A stretch of DNA of 64,000 nucleotides, from the NCBI GenBank assembly GCA_947632395.1, contig CANRPA010000003.1, positions 257 through 64,256 of the forward strand, given 5' to 3'. Positions 1 to 9,121 of this stretch are shown here, piece after piece. Each line of letters opens with the position of its first letter. Position 1 is the first letter of the stretch. A program made the position numbers and the translations under genes. This DNA comes from an uncultured Bacilli bacterium (lineage in GTDB: Bacteria; Bacillota_I; Bacilli_A; RF39; UBA660). The notes below the pieces were generated by a model, which saw only the letters and a list, made by a program, of their open reading frames with translations, was not told the origin of the DNA and ran no database searches.

Positions 1-769
1 TATTGGGTTGCTCTACTGTTTGGGTTGGAGCATTTCCTAAAAAATTAAAACTAGATTGTGTATCTTGTGGTGATGTCATATTGGGCATCATATTTATACT
101 ATTATTCATACTTTCTTCCTCTTTTTCTTCTTTTATATTTTCTGATAAGTCTAATCCATTTTTTACTTTATCGATTTCTTCATCTGTTTTTCTAACAGTT
201 AATCTTTCGCTAATTATTTTATCTAGCATTTTGTTTTGTGATTCTTCACCTTGAAGTCTAAGTAAAGATCTTGCGTGACGTTCTGATATTTTATTTTCAA
301 GTAATGCTTCCTGTACTTCATCTGATAAATTTAAAAGTCTTATTTTATTTGCTATAGATGATTGACTTTTACCCAATTTAGTAGCAAGTTTTTCTTGAGT
401 TAAATAACCCATATCAAGAATTTGTTTATATGATAATGCTTCTTCTATTGGAGTTAAATTTTTTCTTTGAATATTTTCAATTAAAGCAATTTCTGCACTA
501 TCTTTATCATTTAAGTTTTTTACTATTACAGGAACGCTTTCAAGTCCTGCTAAAACACTTGCTTTATATCTTCTTTCTCCTGCAATGATTTCATATTTAT
601 CTCCAACTGTTCTTACAACTATTGGTTGAATGATGCCATGTTCACGTATTGAATCTGATAATTCTAATATTTCATCTTCATCAAATTGTCTTCTTGGCTG
701 AAATCTATTTGGTAATATTTCATTAATATCTACTTCTAATACTCTAGAGGTATTATCAACAATAGACAT
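1..769 (-). CDS. noc: ParB-family protein of the Noc (nucleoid occlusion) type; start codon at 769-767, C-terminus runs off the window start
   Basis: Absent from the ORF track because it is open at the window edge. Hand translation gives MSIVDNTSRVLEVDINEILPNRFQPRRQFDEDEILELSDSIREHGIIQPIVVRTVGDKYEIIAGERRYKAS...ALIENIQRKNLTPIEEA...GKSQSSIANKIRLLNLSDEVQEALLENKISERHARSLLRL, then a low-complexity acidic/polar tail with no stop down to nt 2. ParB boxes plus a Noc-like recognition helix. SD GGAGG lies 7 nt upstream. It sits next to rsmG, as noc does in Bacillus. Confidence 0.8.
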   Translation of the reverse strand, partial: MSIVDNTSRVLEVDINEILPNRFQPRRQFDEDEILELSDSIREHGIIQPIVVRTVGDKYEIIAGERRYKASVLAGLESVPVIVKNLNDKDSAEIALIENIQRKNLTPIEEALSYKQILDMGYLTQEKLATKLGKSQSSIANKIRLLNLSDEVQEALLENKISERHARSLLRLQGEESQNKMLDKIISERLTVRKTDEEIDKVKNGLDLSENIKEEKEEESMNNSINMMPNMTSPQDTQSSFNFLGNAPTQTVEQPN

Positions 770-799
770 AAATACACCTCCTTTTTACTCTTCATGTAT

Positions 800-828
800 A
801 TTCTACAATATTTTGGGAAATAAAACAA
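800..828 (-). promoter_or_regulatory. Putative sigmaA-type promoter of noc (TTGTTT-17 bp-TGnTAGAAT)
   Basis: Minus-strand reading gives TTGTTT (828-823), a 17-nt spacer TATTTCCCAAAATATTG, then TAGAAT (805-800) with an extended -10 TG. The spacer contains the half-NBS motif TATTTCCC. Confidence 0.3.
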
Positions 829-845
829 TACTTTTTTGGGAAATA

Positions 846-877
846 TTAAAATAAAACGATGATTTAATACCATCGTC
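846..877 (-). terminator. Intrinsic terminator after rsmG
   Basis: Minus strand: hairpin ACGATG-9 nt loop-CATCGT (876-871 / 861-856), followed by TTTTATTTT. Confidence 0.5.
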
Positions 878-1579
878 TTATAATGATTTTTTCTTTATTT
901 CGTTATATTTTCTGGGAAAATTTTTTGGGGTTGTATTGTTTTTTACTATCTTTATTAAACTTCTATTACTATTTTCTATTATTAATTTAAACTCTATTAT
1001 TTGGTTTTGAGTACAATTTAATTTTTTTAATGCATTATCATAATTTGGTTCATTAATAATATTTCCCTTCATAGCAATAAAGTATTTCCCAACTTTTACT
1101 AAGTTTATTCCTAATTCCAATAATATATTAAGAGGCGCTACCGCACGAGCAGTTACTACATCATATTTTTCTTTATTAATTTTTGCATAATCTTCAATTC
1201 TTGTATGAATTGCAGTTATGTCTGATAAATTTAATTCTTCTATTAATTTATTTAAAAAATTAATTCTTTTATTAAGTGAATCTATTAAAGTTACTTTTAA
1301 ATGAGGATAAAATATTTTGATTACTATACCTGGAAATCCAGCACCACTACCTAAATCGCATAGTGTTTCTTCATTATTTAAATCTATTATTTTAGATATA
1401 GTTAATGAGTCATAAAAATGTTTTAAATAAACTTGTTCTTTTTCAGTAATACTTGTTAAATTCATTACTTTATTATATTCTATTAAAAGTTCATAATATT
1501 TTTCTAACATTTTTAATTTGCTATCTGTTACTTCTATACCTAATTTTTTTACTTCTTCAATAAATTTATTTTGATTCAT
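878..1579 (-). CDS. rsmG: 16S rRNA (guanine527-N7)-methyltransferase RsmG (GidB)
   Basis: 233 aa with SAM motif DLGSGAGFPGIV. Overlaps mnmG in the canonical mnmE-mnmG-rsmG arrangement. Confidence 0.93.
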   Translation of the reverse strand: MNQNKFIEEVKKLGIEVTDSKLKMLEKYYELLIEYNKVMNLTSITEKEQVYLKHFYDSLTISKIIDLNNEETLCDLGSGAGFPGIVIKIFYPHLKVTLIDSLNKRINFLNKLIEELNLSDITAIHTRIEDYAKINKEKYDVVTARAVAPLNILLELGINLVKVGKYFIAMKGNIINEPNYDNALKKLNCTQNQIIEFKLIIENSNRSLIKIVKNNTTPKNFPRKYNEIKKKSL

Positions 1580-3437
1580 GAAAATATTCCTTCTTTATAT
1601 ATATCATAATTAAAGAGATATCTGCTGGATTTACACCACTAATTCGTATTGCTTGACCTATTGATGTTGGTCTAATTGTTTTTAATTTTTGTTTTGCTTC
1701 ACTAGCAAGGTTATGTATTTTATCATAATCTATATCATCTGGAATTTTTTTATTATCCAAATCAACCATTTTATTAGCTTCTAAGAGTGCTTTTGATATA
1801 TATCCTTCATATTTTATATTTATCTCTACTTGCTCAAGTATTTCTAAATCGTAGTCTTTGTCTATAAATTTAGTTAAATTTTCTATTTTTATTTCAGGTC
1901 TTTTTATTAAATTGTATAGTGTTATTCCATCTTTAATTTCTGGTATTCCTAAACTTGTTAAATAATCATTTATTTCTTTTTTAGGAGTTAATTTAATTGT
2001 TTTTAAACTTTCATTAAGTTCTTCTATTTTTTTCTTTTTTTGTAAAAATTTATTATATTTTTCTTCTGATACTAATCCAACTTTATAACCATAATCTCTA
2101 AGACGTATATCAGCGTTATCATGTCTTAAAAGTAATCGATATTCTGCACGTGATGTAAGTAATCTATATGGATCAATTATACCTTTAGTTACTAAATCGT
2201 CTATTAATACTCCAATATATGCTTCATTTCTTTTTAGTATAAGGGGTTCTTTATTTTCTAATTTAAGACTTGCATTAATACCTGCCATTAGACCTTGACA
2301 TGCTGCTTCTTCATATCCACTTGTACCATTTATTTGCCCAGCTGTAAATAAATTTTCTACTACTTTTGTTTCTAACGATTGCTTAAGTTGTTTTGAATCT
2401 ATAGCATCATATTCTATTGCATATGCATATTTATTTATTTTAGCATGTTCTAATCCTGGTAAGGAGTGAACCATTTGTTCTTGAATATTTTTTGGCATAC
2501 TTGTTGAAAAACCTTGAATATATATATCATCATAATATATACTTTCTGGTTCTAAAAATAATTGATGCCTTTCCTTATCAGCAAATCTTACTATTTTATC
2601 TTCTATAGATGGACAATATCTTGGTCCTACACCTTTTATATCATTTAGTCCACCATACATACTTGATTTATTTAAATTATCTCTAATTATTTGATGAGTA
2701 ATAGGTGTTGTATATATTAAGTGACATGGAATTTGTTTATCTTTATCATAATATATTTCATTATCAAAACTAAAAGTCCAATATCTATCATCACCTAGTT
2801 CTACCTTAGTTTTAGAAAAATCTATTGAACTTTTTTCTATTCTTTGTGGTGTTCCAGTTTTAAGTCTAATTATATTAAATCCATATTCTTTTAATTTATC
2901 ACTTAAATGATTACTTGGTTTTTCACCATGTGGACCTTGTCTTGTTCTTGTATCTCCTACAAGTATATCTGCTTTTAAGTATGTTCCAGTCGTAAGTATT
3001 ACTGCATCAGAATTTATTTTTTCTCCATTTTCTAATACTATTCCTTTTATCTTATTATTTTCTATTATTAAATCTTCTACTATTGCTTCTTTTATTTCTA
3101 AATTTGGTGTATTATTTAAAGTTTTTAACATGTTTTTTGGATAAGTTATTTTATCTGCTTGAGCTCTTAATGCACGTACTGCAGGCCCTTTAGCACTGTT
3201 TAACATTTTTATTTGTAATAAACTTTTATCAGCATTTCTACCCATTTCTCCACCAAGAGCATCTATTTCCCTTACAACAATTCCCTTGGCACTTCCACCT
3301 ATTGATGGATTACATGGCATATCTGCTATATTTTTAATATTTCCTGTTATTAGTAATGTTTTATGACCTTTTCTTGCAGAAGCTAAACTTGCTTCACATC
3401 CTGCATGTCCACCACCTACTACTATTATTTCATACAT
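1566..3437 (-). CDS. mnmG: tRNA uridine-5-carboxymethylaminomethyl modification enzyme MnmG (GidA)
   Basis: 623 aa. N-terminal FAD motif VVGGGHAGCEA and full-length GidA-like sequence. Confidence 0.97.
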   Translation of the reverse strand: MYEIIVVGGGHAGCEASLASARKGHKTLLITGNIKNIADMPCNPSIGGSAKGIVVREIDALGGEMGRNADKSLLQIKMLNSAKGPAVRALRAQADKITYPKNMLKTLNNTPNLEIKEAIVEDLIIENNKIKGIVLENGEKINSDAVILTTGTYLKADILVGDTRTRQGPHGEKPSNHLSDKLKEYGFNIIRLKTGTPQRIEKSSIDFSKTKVELGDDRYWTFSFDNEIYYDKDKQIPCHLIYTTPITHQIIRDNLNKSSMYGGLNDIKGVGPRYCPSIEDKIVRFADKERHQLFLEPESIYYDDIYIQGFSTSMPKNIQEQMVHSLPGLEHAKINKYAYAIEYDAIDSKQLKQSLETKVVENLFTAGQINGTSGYEEAACQGLMAGINASLKLENKEPLILKRNEAYIGVLIDDLVTKGIIDPYRLLTSRAEYRLLLRHDNADIRLRDYGYKVGLVSEEKYNKFLQKKKKIEELNESLKTIKLTPKKEINDYLTSLGIPEIKDGITLYNLIKRPEIKIENLTKFIDKDYDLEILEQVEINIKYEGYISKALLEANKMVDLDNKKIPDDIDYDKIHNLASEAKQKLKTIRPTSIGQAIRISGVNPADISLIMIYIKKEYFHESK

Positions 3438-3480
3438 AATTACACCTCAATTCATCTTTTAGTATTATACTATCTTTTTT

Positions 3481-4830
3481 TTATTTTCCCAAACAAAATT
3501 GACTAAATAATTGATCTATTAGTTCATCTGTATAAGTTTCACCTATTATTTCTCCAAGTAATGACCACATTTGTTTTAAATCTATTTCTATCATATCAAT
3601 AGGCATCTTATTTTTTACTCCCTCTTTTACTGATTCTAATGATTCTAATGATTTTTTTAAAATTGATATGCTACGTGCACTACTTAAATAAGTTAAATCC
3701 TGATTATCTAATTTTTCTAAGTTAAACATTTCCTTTATTTTATTTTTTAATTCATCTATTCCAATATCATTTTTTATAGATATTTCTATATAATCTTTTA
3801 ATAATGATTTATCTATTTTACTATCTAAGTCTATTTTATTTATAATAATTATATGATTTTTACTATTTATTTTACTTAAAATCTCTTTTTCTTCTTCTAA
3901 TATTTCTTCATTATTATTTAGTACATAAAGTATTAAATCTGCTTCATTTATTAAATCAAGACTTTTTTTAACTCCAAGACTTTCAACTATATCATCTGTT
4001 TTTCTAATTCCTGCTGTATCAATAATATTAAGTATTATTCCATCTATTTTAATATTTCCTTCTACTATATCACGAGTTGTACCAGCAATATCAGTAACTA
4101 TTGCTTTATCTTCATTTAATAATCTATTCAATATACTACTTTTTCCTACATTTGGACTTCCTATTATTATTGTTTTAATTCCTTCTTTTATAATTTTCAT
4201 ATTTTCAGATTTATTTAAAATATTTTTAACTTCTTCTTCTATTGTTTTTATATTTTCAAGTATCATTTCATTTGTCATCTGTTCTATATCTTCGTATTCT
4301 GGATAATCTATATTTACTTCAATATTTGCAAGTATTTCTATTATTTTTTGTCTTAAATTACGGATTAGTTTTGATACTTCACCATTTACTTGATTAATTG
4401 CAAGATTTCTTGCTTTTTCAGTTTTGGCATTTATTAAATCCATTACTCCTTCTGCTTCTATTAAATCTATTCTTCCATTTAAAAAAGCCCTTTTTGTAAA
4501 TTCTCCAGGTTCAGCTAGTCTACAACCATTATTTAAAAGTAATTCAAGTACTTTATTTGTAATTGCTATACCACCATGTGTATTTATTTCTACTATATCT
4601 TCTTTTGTAAATGTTTTAGGTGATTTCATTACACTTACTAATACTTCATCTATTATTTTATCATTTTCTACAATATACCCATAATTAATAGTATGACTTT
4701 GTACTTTTTCTAAATCTTTACCTTTAAATATCTTATTAACTATTTGTATTGCTTGATTACCACTTACTCTGATAATTGCTATAGCACCTATACCCAAAGT
4801 TGTTGAAATAGCTGCTATTGTATCATTCAT
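3481..4830 (-). CDS. mnmE: tRNA modification GTPase MnmE (TrmE)
   Basis: 449 aa. G-domain GSPNVGKSS...DTAGIR...NKIDL and the C-terminal FCLGK tail typical of MnmE. Confidence 0.97.
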   Translation of the reverse strand: MNDTIAAISTTLGIGAIAIIRVSGNQAIQIVNKIFKGKDLEKVQSHTINYGYIVENDKIIDEVLVSVMKSPKTFTKEDIVEINTHGGIAITNKVLELLLNNGCRLAEPGEFTKRAFLNGRIDLIEAEGVMDLINAKTEKARNLAINQVNGEVSKLIRNLRQKIIEILANIEVNIDYPEYEDIEQMTNEMILENIKTIEEEVKNILNKSENMKIIKEGIKTIIIGSPNVGKSSILNRLLNEDKAIVTDIAGTTRDIVEGNIKIDGIILNIIDTAGIRKTDDIVESLGVKKSLDLINEADLILYVLNNNEEILEEEKEILSKINSKNHIIIINKIDLDSKIDKSLLKDYIEISIKNDIGIDELKNKIKEMFNLEKLDNQDLTYLSSARSISILKKSLESLESVKEGVKNKMPIDMIEIDLKQMWSLLGEIIGETYTDELIDQLFSQFCLGK

Positions 4831-4895
4831 ATAATCACTTCCTAGTACAAATATTCTAACATAAATAAATGAAAAAATATACCTTAATTGGTATA

Positions 4896-5492
4896 TTATT
4901 TTTCTACATATCTAATAACTACATATCTTTCAGGTTCTTCTCCAAAACTTTCTGTTTCTATATTATAGTATTCACTTGCTATAGAATGAACTATTCTTCT
5001 TTTGTATGAATTCATTGGATCTAATTTTGTTTGTGATTTTGTTTGAATAACCTCATTTATTATATTTTTTATATCTTTTTCAAAAAATTTTTCTTTTTTT
5101 GCTTTATAATTAGAAGCATCTAAATTAACTTTAACATTAAATTTAATTTTACTACTTAATGTTTGTCTTATTAAATTTTGAAGTGAAGTAAGTGTTCTTC
5201 CATCTTTTCCTATTAATAAAGGATTATTATTTGAAAACATTTTAACATTAAATATATCTTCATCTTCATTTATTTCAAATTTAGTATCTATTCCAATACT
5301 TTTTGTTACTTCTGTTAAGTAATTTTTTATAAATATCTTAACATCTTCTTTTTTTACTACTTCCATTACAAATTTGTCATTTTCTTCATATTCTCTTGTT
5401 AATATTTCATTATTATATACATCTAATTCATCTAAACATTTTAATCTACATTTTTCCTCTGTTTCATCTTCAAATTTAAATACTTCTAACAT
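4896..5492 (-). CDS. jag: Jag/KhpB RNA-binding protein (KH + R3H domains)
   Basis: 198 aa. KH-like IGKDGRTLTSLQ and R3H-like MNSYKRRIVHSIA. Position is downstream of yidC. Confidence 0.85.
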   Translation of the reverse strand: MLEVFKFEDETEEKCRLKCLDELDVYNNEILTREYEENDKFVMEVVKKEDVKIFIKNYLTEVTKSIGIDTKFEINEDEDIFNVKMFSNNNPLLIGKDGRTLTSLQNLIRQTLSSKIKFNVKVNLDASNYKAKKEKFFEKDIKNIINEVIQTKSQTKLDPMNSYKRRIVHSIASEYYNIETESFGEEPERYVVIRYVEK

Positions 5493-5494
5493 AA

Positions 5495-6487
5495 TTATTT
5501 ACTCCTTTTAACTAATAAATTTTGTATTATACTTAGTAAACTATTTACAATCCAATATAAGATAATTGCTGTAGACATACTAAATGATGTTATAAATATC
5601 ATTACTATCATTATATTAAACATCAAATTCATTTGTTTTGCCTGATCACCAGCAACACCATTTTTATTCATTTTGAATGAAAAATAAGTAACTAATCCAA
5701 CTAATATTGGTAATATTAAATAATACCAATCTCCTGCTTGTGCGCCAGCAAGTGGTGTCATTCCCATATGGAATACTAAAAATTTACTTTCAAATAAAAT
5801 TGGTAATCTATAAAGTGCTTCATAGAATGCAAAGAATAAAGGTATTTGTAAAAATCCCATTAAACATCCTGATATTGGATTTATTTTAAATTCTTTATAA
5901 ACTGCCATCATTTCATTTGATTTCATCATCATTGATTGTTGGTCTGTTTTTCCTGCATATTTTTTTTCTATTTTTTGCAATTTTGGTTGAGCTTTTTGAA
6001 TATTTTCAGATTGTTTTAAAGATTTAAATGTGATTGGAAATAATATTAATTTTATAAGGATTGTTACTATTATTATTGAAAGCCAATAATTATTACCAAG
6101 TATTTTTCCTATATTTACTATTATCCATGCTAATGGTTTTACAAATATACTTGTCCAAATACCTTCATATCCACCTTCAAACACTGACATTTTCGTACAA
6201 ACAGGTAACTCATCTATGTCTAATATATTTTTAATTCTTTTATTATATTCTTTTTTAGATAAATCTCCATCTTCATACATTTTTTGATAATCATTTTTTT
6301 TCTGTTCTAAAACTTTTATATATGTATCTTTTAATTCAACTGGTTTACATAAAATATTTTCTACCAAAGTTTGTTTAGTTTTTTCATCTGTTACTACTTT
6401 ACCTTTTGCATCTTTTAATTGTTTAGTACATCCTGTAAGTAATAGCAAAGATAATACTAATAATAAAATTTTTTTACTTTTTTTCAT
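5495..6487 (-). CDS. yidC: Membrane protein insertase YidC/SpoIIIJ-type lipoprotein
   Basis: 330 aa. Lipobox LLLTGC and multi-pass YidC core. Overlaps rnpA as in other Firmicutes. Confidence 0.9.
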   Translation of the reverse strand: MKKSKKILLLVLSLLLLTGCTKQLKDAKGKVVTDEKTKQTLVENILCKPVELKDTYIKVLEQKKNDYQKMYEDGDLSKKEYNKRIKNILDIDELPVCTKMSVFEGGYEGIWTSIFVKPLAWIIVNIGKILGNNYWLSIIIVTILIKLILFPITFKSLKQSENIQKAQPKLQKIEKKYAGKTDQQSMMMKSNEMMAVYKEFKINPISGCLMGFLQIPLFFAFYEALYRLPILFESKFLVFHMGMTPLAGAQAGDWYYLILPILVGLVTYFSFKMNKNGVAGDQAKQMNLMFNIMIVMIFITSFSMSTAIILYWIVNSLLSIIQNLLVKRSK

Positions 6488-6824
6488 TTATATTCTCCTT
6501 TATTATATTTAGATTCTTTAAGGCAAATAATAAATTATTTTTTCTTTCTTCAAAATTTTTTTCATTAATTCCCTTACCAACTATTATAATACAATTAAAG
6601 TTATTTTGATAGTCTTTTTCATCAATAATAGATTTTAACTGTCTTTTAACTTTATTTCTATTTACTGCATTACCTATTTTTTTTCCTACAGAAATACCAA
6701 AATGATAAATATCATTAGTATCTCTTTCTATATATATTATATAGTCCTTATATTTATATGGCTTAAACTTTTTTATTATTCTATCAAAATCTCGACTATT
6801 TTTTAATATATTTATTTTTTTCAT
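6474..6824 (-). CDS. rnpA: Ribonuclease P protein component
   Basis: 116 aa basic protein, with context rpmH-rnpA-yidC. Confidence 0.9.
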   Translation of the reverse strand: MKKINILKNSRDFDRIIKKFKPYKYKDYIIYIERDTNDIYHFGISVGKKIGNAVNRNKVKRQLKSIIDEKDYQNNFNCIIIVGKGINEKNFEERKNNLLFALKNLNIIKENINEKK

Positions 6825-6838
6825 AATATCAATCCTTT

Positions 6839-6865
6839 AAAATAAAACCACTGACGAATCAGTGG
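6839..6865 (-). terminator. Hairpin plus U-tract between rpmH and rnpA (terminator/attenuator)
   Basis: CCACTGA-cgaa-TCAGTGG (6848-6865), followed on the minus strand by TTTTATTTT (6847-6839). Confidence 0.4.
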
Positions 6866-6868
6866 AAA

Positions 6869-6991
6869 TTAATGAGATAAAACTTTACGTCCTTTTCTTC
6901 TTCTGTTATTTATTATTTTAGTTTTCATACGAGCCATGAAACCTAATTTTTTACTTTTTCTATGATTATTTGGTTGATATGTTCTTTTCAT
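6869..6991 (-). CDS. rpmH: 50S ribosomal protein L34
   Basis: Below the ORF-track size cut-off. Hand translation gives [40 protein letters not shown] (40 aa), with SD GGAGGTG upstream. Confidence 0.9.
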   Translation of the reverse strand: MKRTYQPNNHRKSKKLGFMARMKTKIINNRRRKGRKVLSH

Positions 6992-7134
6992 TCTAACACC
7001 TCCAATGTATATATAATTTTTGCTTGCTTTTTAAATTATATATACTTTTTATATTTTTGTCAATTATTTTTATAATTTTTTATATTACTAATTAATTTAT
7101 TTTTAACAACATATTTATTATTTATCAATATATA

Positions 7135-8601
7135 TTATATTTTAAAATATTTTTGTTTTATATTTTCAGATGGACTTTCTTCTTCTTTAACATAATATAA
7201 TTTTATTAAATCTAAGATTTCATTTAAATTATCTAAAGAATCTTTTATGTCTTTTTTTAAATCATTAAAATTTGGTGAGCTAGTAATTGATTTTACAAGT
7301 CTATATTTTTTATTATTTTCTAAAACTTTAGGAGTTATTTTAAGACTATCTATTAATATATTTTTACAGTCTTTTAAACTTCTTTTTACCATATATTCTA
7401 TTATTTGTTCCTGTAACAATTGCTTTGTAATAAAATTATTTTCACAAAAATTACTTATTCCATTTAAGCAAATAAAAGCTTTTGCCATACTGAATAAAAA
7501 ATTTGGTGGTACAAATTCATAATTTAAACAAATATTAATCATATCAATAAAATAATAAGTAACATTTTTATTTTTTATATTTTCACAATATCTTTTACAA
7601 TCTTCTTTGAATAAATTTTTTTTATTTTCATCCATATTACCATATATTACTATCATATTATATAGTTTTTCAAAATTTCCAGAATATGCAGTTAAGAAAA
7701 ATTTTTTACATAGTTTAGCATCACTTTCACTTAAAACAAATAATAATCCCATATCTAAAAAGCAAATATTTCCTTCATCATCAATACATATATTACCACT
7801 ATGAGGATCCCCATGGAATACTATTTGTTGATCATTTAATAATGCCCAAAAACTTAATTTTAAATAACTATTTATAGCAGTATTAATTTTAACTTTATTA
7901 CTATCTGTTAATTCTATCTTATTAATTGTTTTATCTTTAATAAATTCCATAACAATTACATTATCTGTACAATATTCTTCATATAATTTAGGAATTTTAA
8001 TTTTGTTAGTATTACTTACTTTTCCATTAACATTATCTGCAAAATTTTGATATATCTTTATATTTTCTATTTCTTGATTAAAATCTGTTTCTTGTTTAAT
8101 CCATTCTAAGTATAAATTTATAGCATGATTTCCGCCAGTAAAATTACTAACATTAATTAGTTTTTTAAATCTATGAATTAATAATTTTAACTTTTTTATA
8201 TCTTTTTCAACATCATTTGTAATATCTTTTCTTTTTATTTTTATTGCTACTTCTCTACCATCTTTTAATATTGCTCTATGAACTTGTGATACTGATGCAG
8301 AACCAACTGGCTCTTTTTCAATGAAACTAAATATATTATTAAGATCAGTTCCATATTCTTTTTTTAAAATTTTTTCTATTTTTTCAAAACTAATAGGATT
8401 ACAATTATCGCAAATACTTGATAATAGCTTTCTATCTTCTTCAGTAAATAAATTTCCATAATTTTGAGTTGCTAATATTTGTGCTAATTTGATATAAGCA
8501 ATTCCCATTTTTTCTGCAAATTTTTTTATTACTATACCATTATCTTTTTTTAAAATAAACTTTCTGAATAATAATTTAATTAATTCAATATATATTTTCA
8601 T
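7135..8601 (-). CDS. ABC1/UbiB-family atypical protein kinase-like protein
   Basis: 488 aa. Carries the characteristic FIEKEPVGSASVSQVHRAILKDGREVAIKIKRKD block and HGDPHSGNI catalytic-loop-like motif. Confidence 0.8.
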   Translation of the reverse strand: MKIYIELIKLLFRKFILKKDNGIVIKKFAEKMGIAYIKLAQILATQNYGNLFTEEDRKLLSSICDNCNPISFEKIEKILKKEYGTDLNNIFSFIEKEPVGSASVSQVHRAILKDGREVAIKIKRKDITNDVEKDIKKLKLLIHRFKKLINVSNFTGGNHAINLYLEWIKQETDFNQEIENIKIYQNFADNVNGKVSNTNKIKIPKLYEEYCTDNVIVMEFIKDKTINKIELTDSNKVKINTAINSYLKLSFWALLNDQQIVFHGDPHSGNICIDDEGNICFLDMGLLFVLSESDAKLCKKFFLTAYSGNFEKLYNMIVIYGNMDENKKNLFKEDCKRYCENIKNKNVTYYFIDMINICLNYEFVPPNFLFSMAKAFICLNGISNFCENNFITKQLLQEQIIEYMVKRSLKDCKNILIDSLKITPKVLENNKKYRLVKSITSSPNFNDLKKDIKDSLDNLNEILDLIKLYYVKEEESPSENIKQKYFKI

Positions 8602-9121
8602 TTAAATCACCAAAACCGAATTGATGAGTATTATACTACAAAAAATTATTTTTTACTATACCAAAATTTATTTTTATCTTATTTTATATAATATTAACTG
8701 TAACTTTGATAAAATAAATTATTTCCCAAAAAAAATTTTTTTCTAATCTTTTTTAAAATTTATGCACATTTTTTTATTAAATTTATAATTATACACATTT
8801 TTATTAACTTATAAACAAAAATATTTAATTGTTTATATATTTTTGTAGATAACTTATACACATTTATGTTAATAAGTTGCTTTTTTCTTTTATTTATTAA
8901 CAAATAAATTGTTCACAAAGTATGTTCATAAAATTTTATAAAATTAATAATGCACACAAAAAAATATATATATTGTTCATAAAATTTATATATTTAAGAA
9001 TTATAATGAATTTTTACAATAAAAATAAAATTAATTTAAATATTTTATACACACATTTTTCTTGTTTTTAAATAAAAAATATTGTAAAATATATGTGTAT
9101 AAGTTTTAAGGAGGTATAGGT
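8602..9121. other. oriC, upstream DnaA-box cluster
   Basis: Boxes matching TTATNCACA: 8760-8768 TTATGCACA; 8789-8797, 8854-8862 and 9045-9053 TTATACACA; 9094-9102 TTATACACA (reverse); 8844-8852 TTATCTACA (reverse); 8909-8917 TTGTTCACA; 8948-8956 TAATGCACA. Extremely AT-rich tracts lie in between. Gene strand polarity switches here. Confidence 0.8.
9062..9090 (+). promoter_or_regulatory. Putative dnaA promoter (TTGTTT-17 bp-TGnTAAAAT) with a DnaA box just downstream
   Basis: TTGTTT at 9062-9067, TG at 9083-9084, TAAAAT at 9085-9090. A reverse DnaA box at 9094-9102 sits at about +1, suggesting autoregulation. Confidence 0.4.

Noticed and set aside
8921-8980. Additional DnaA-box-like 9-mers (ATGTTCATA at 8922-8930, TTGTTCATA at 8973-8981).
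   Set aside because: Each has two mismatches to TTATNCACA, including one in the conserved CACA core. Such matches are too common in AT-rich DNA to call.
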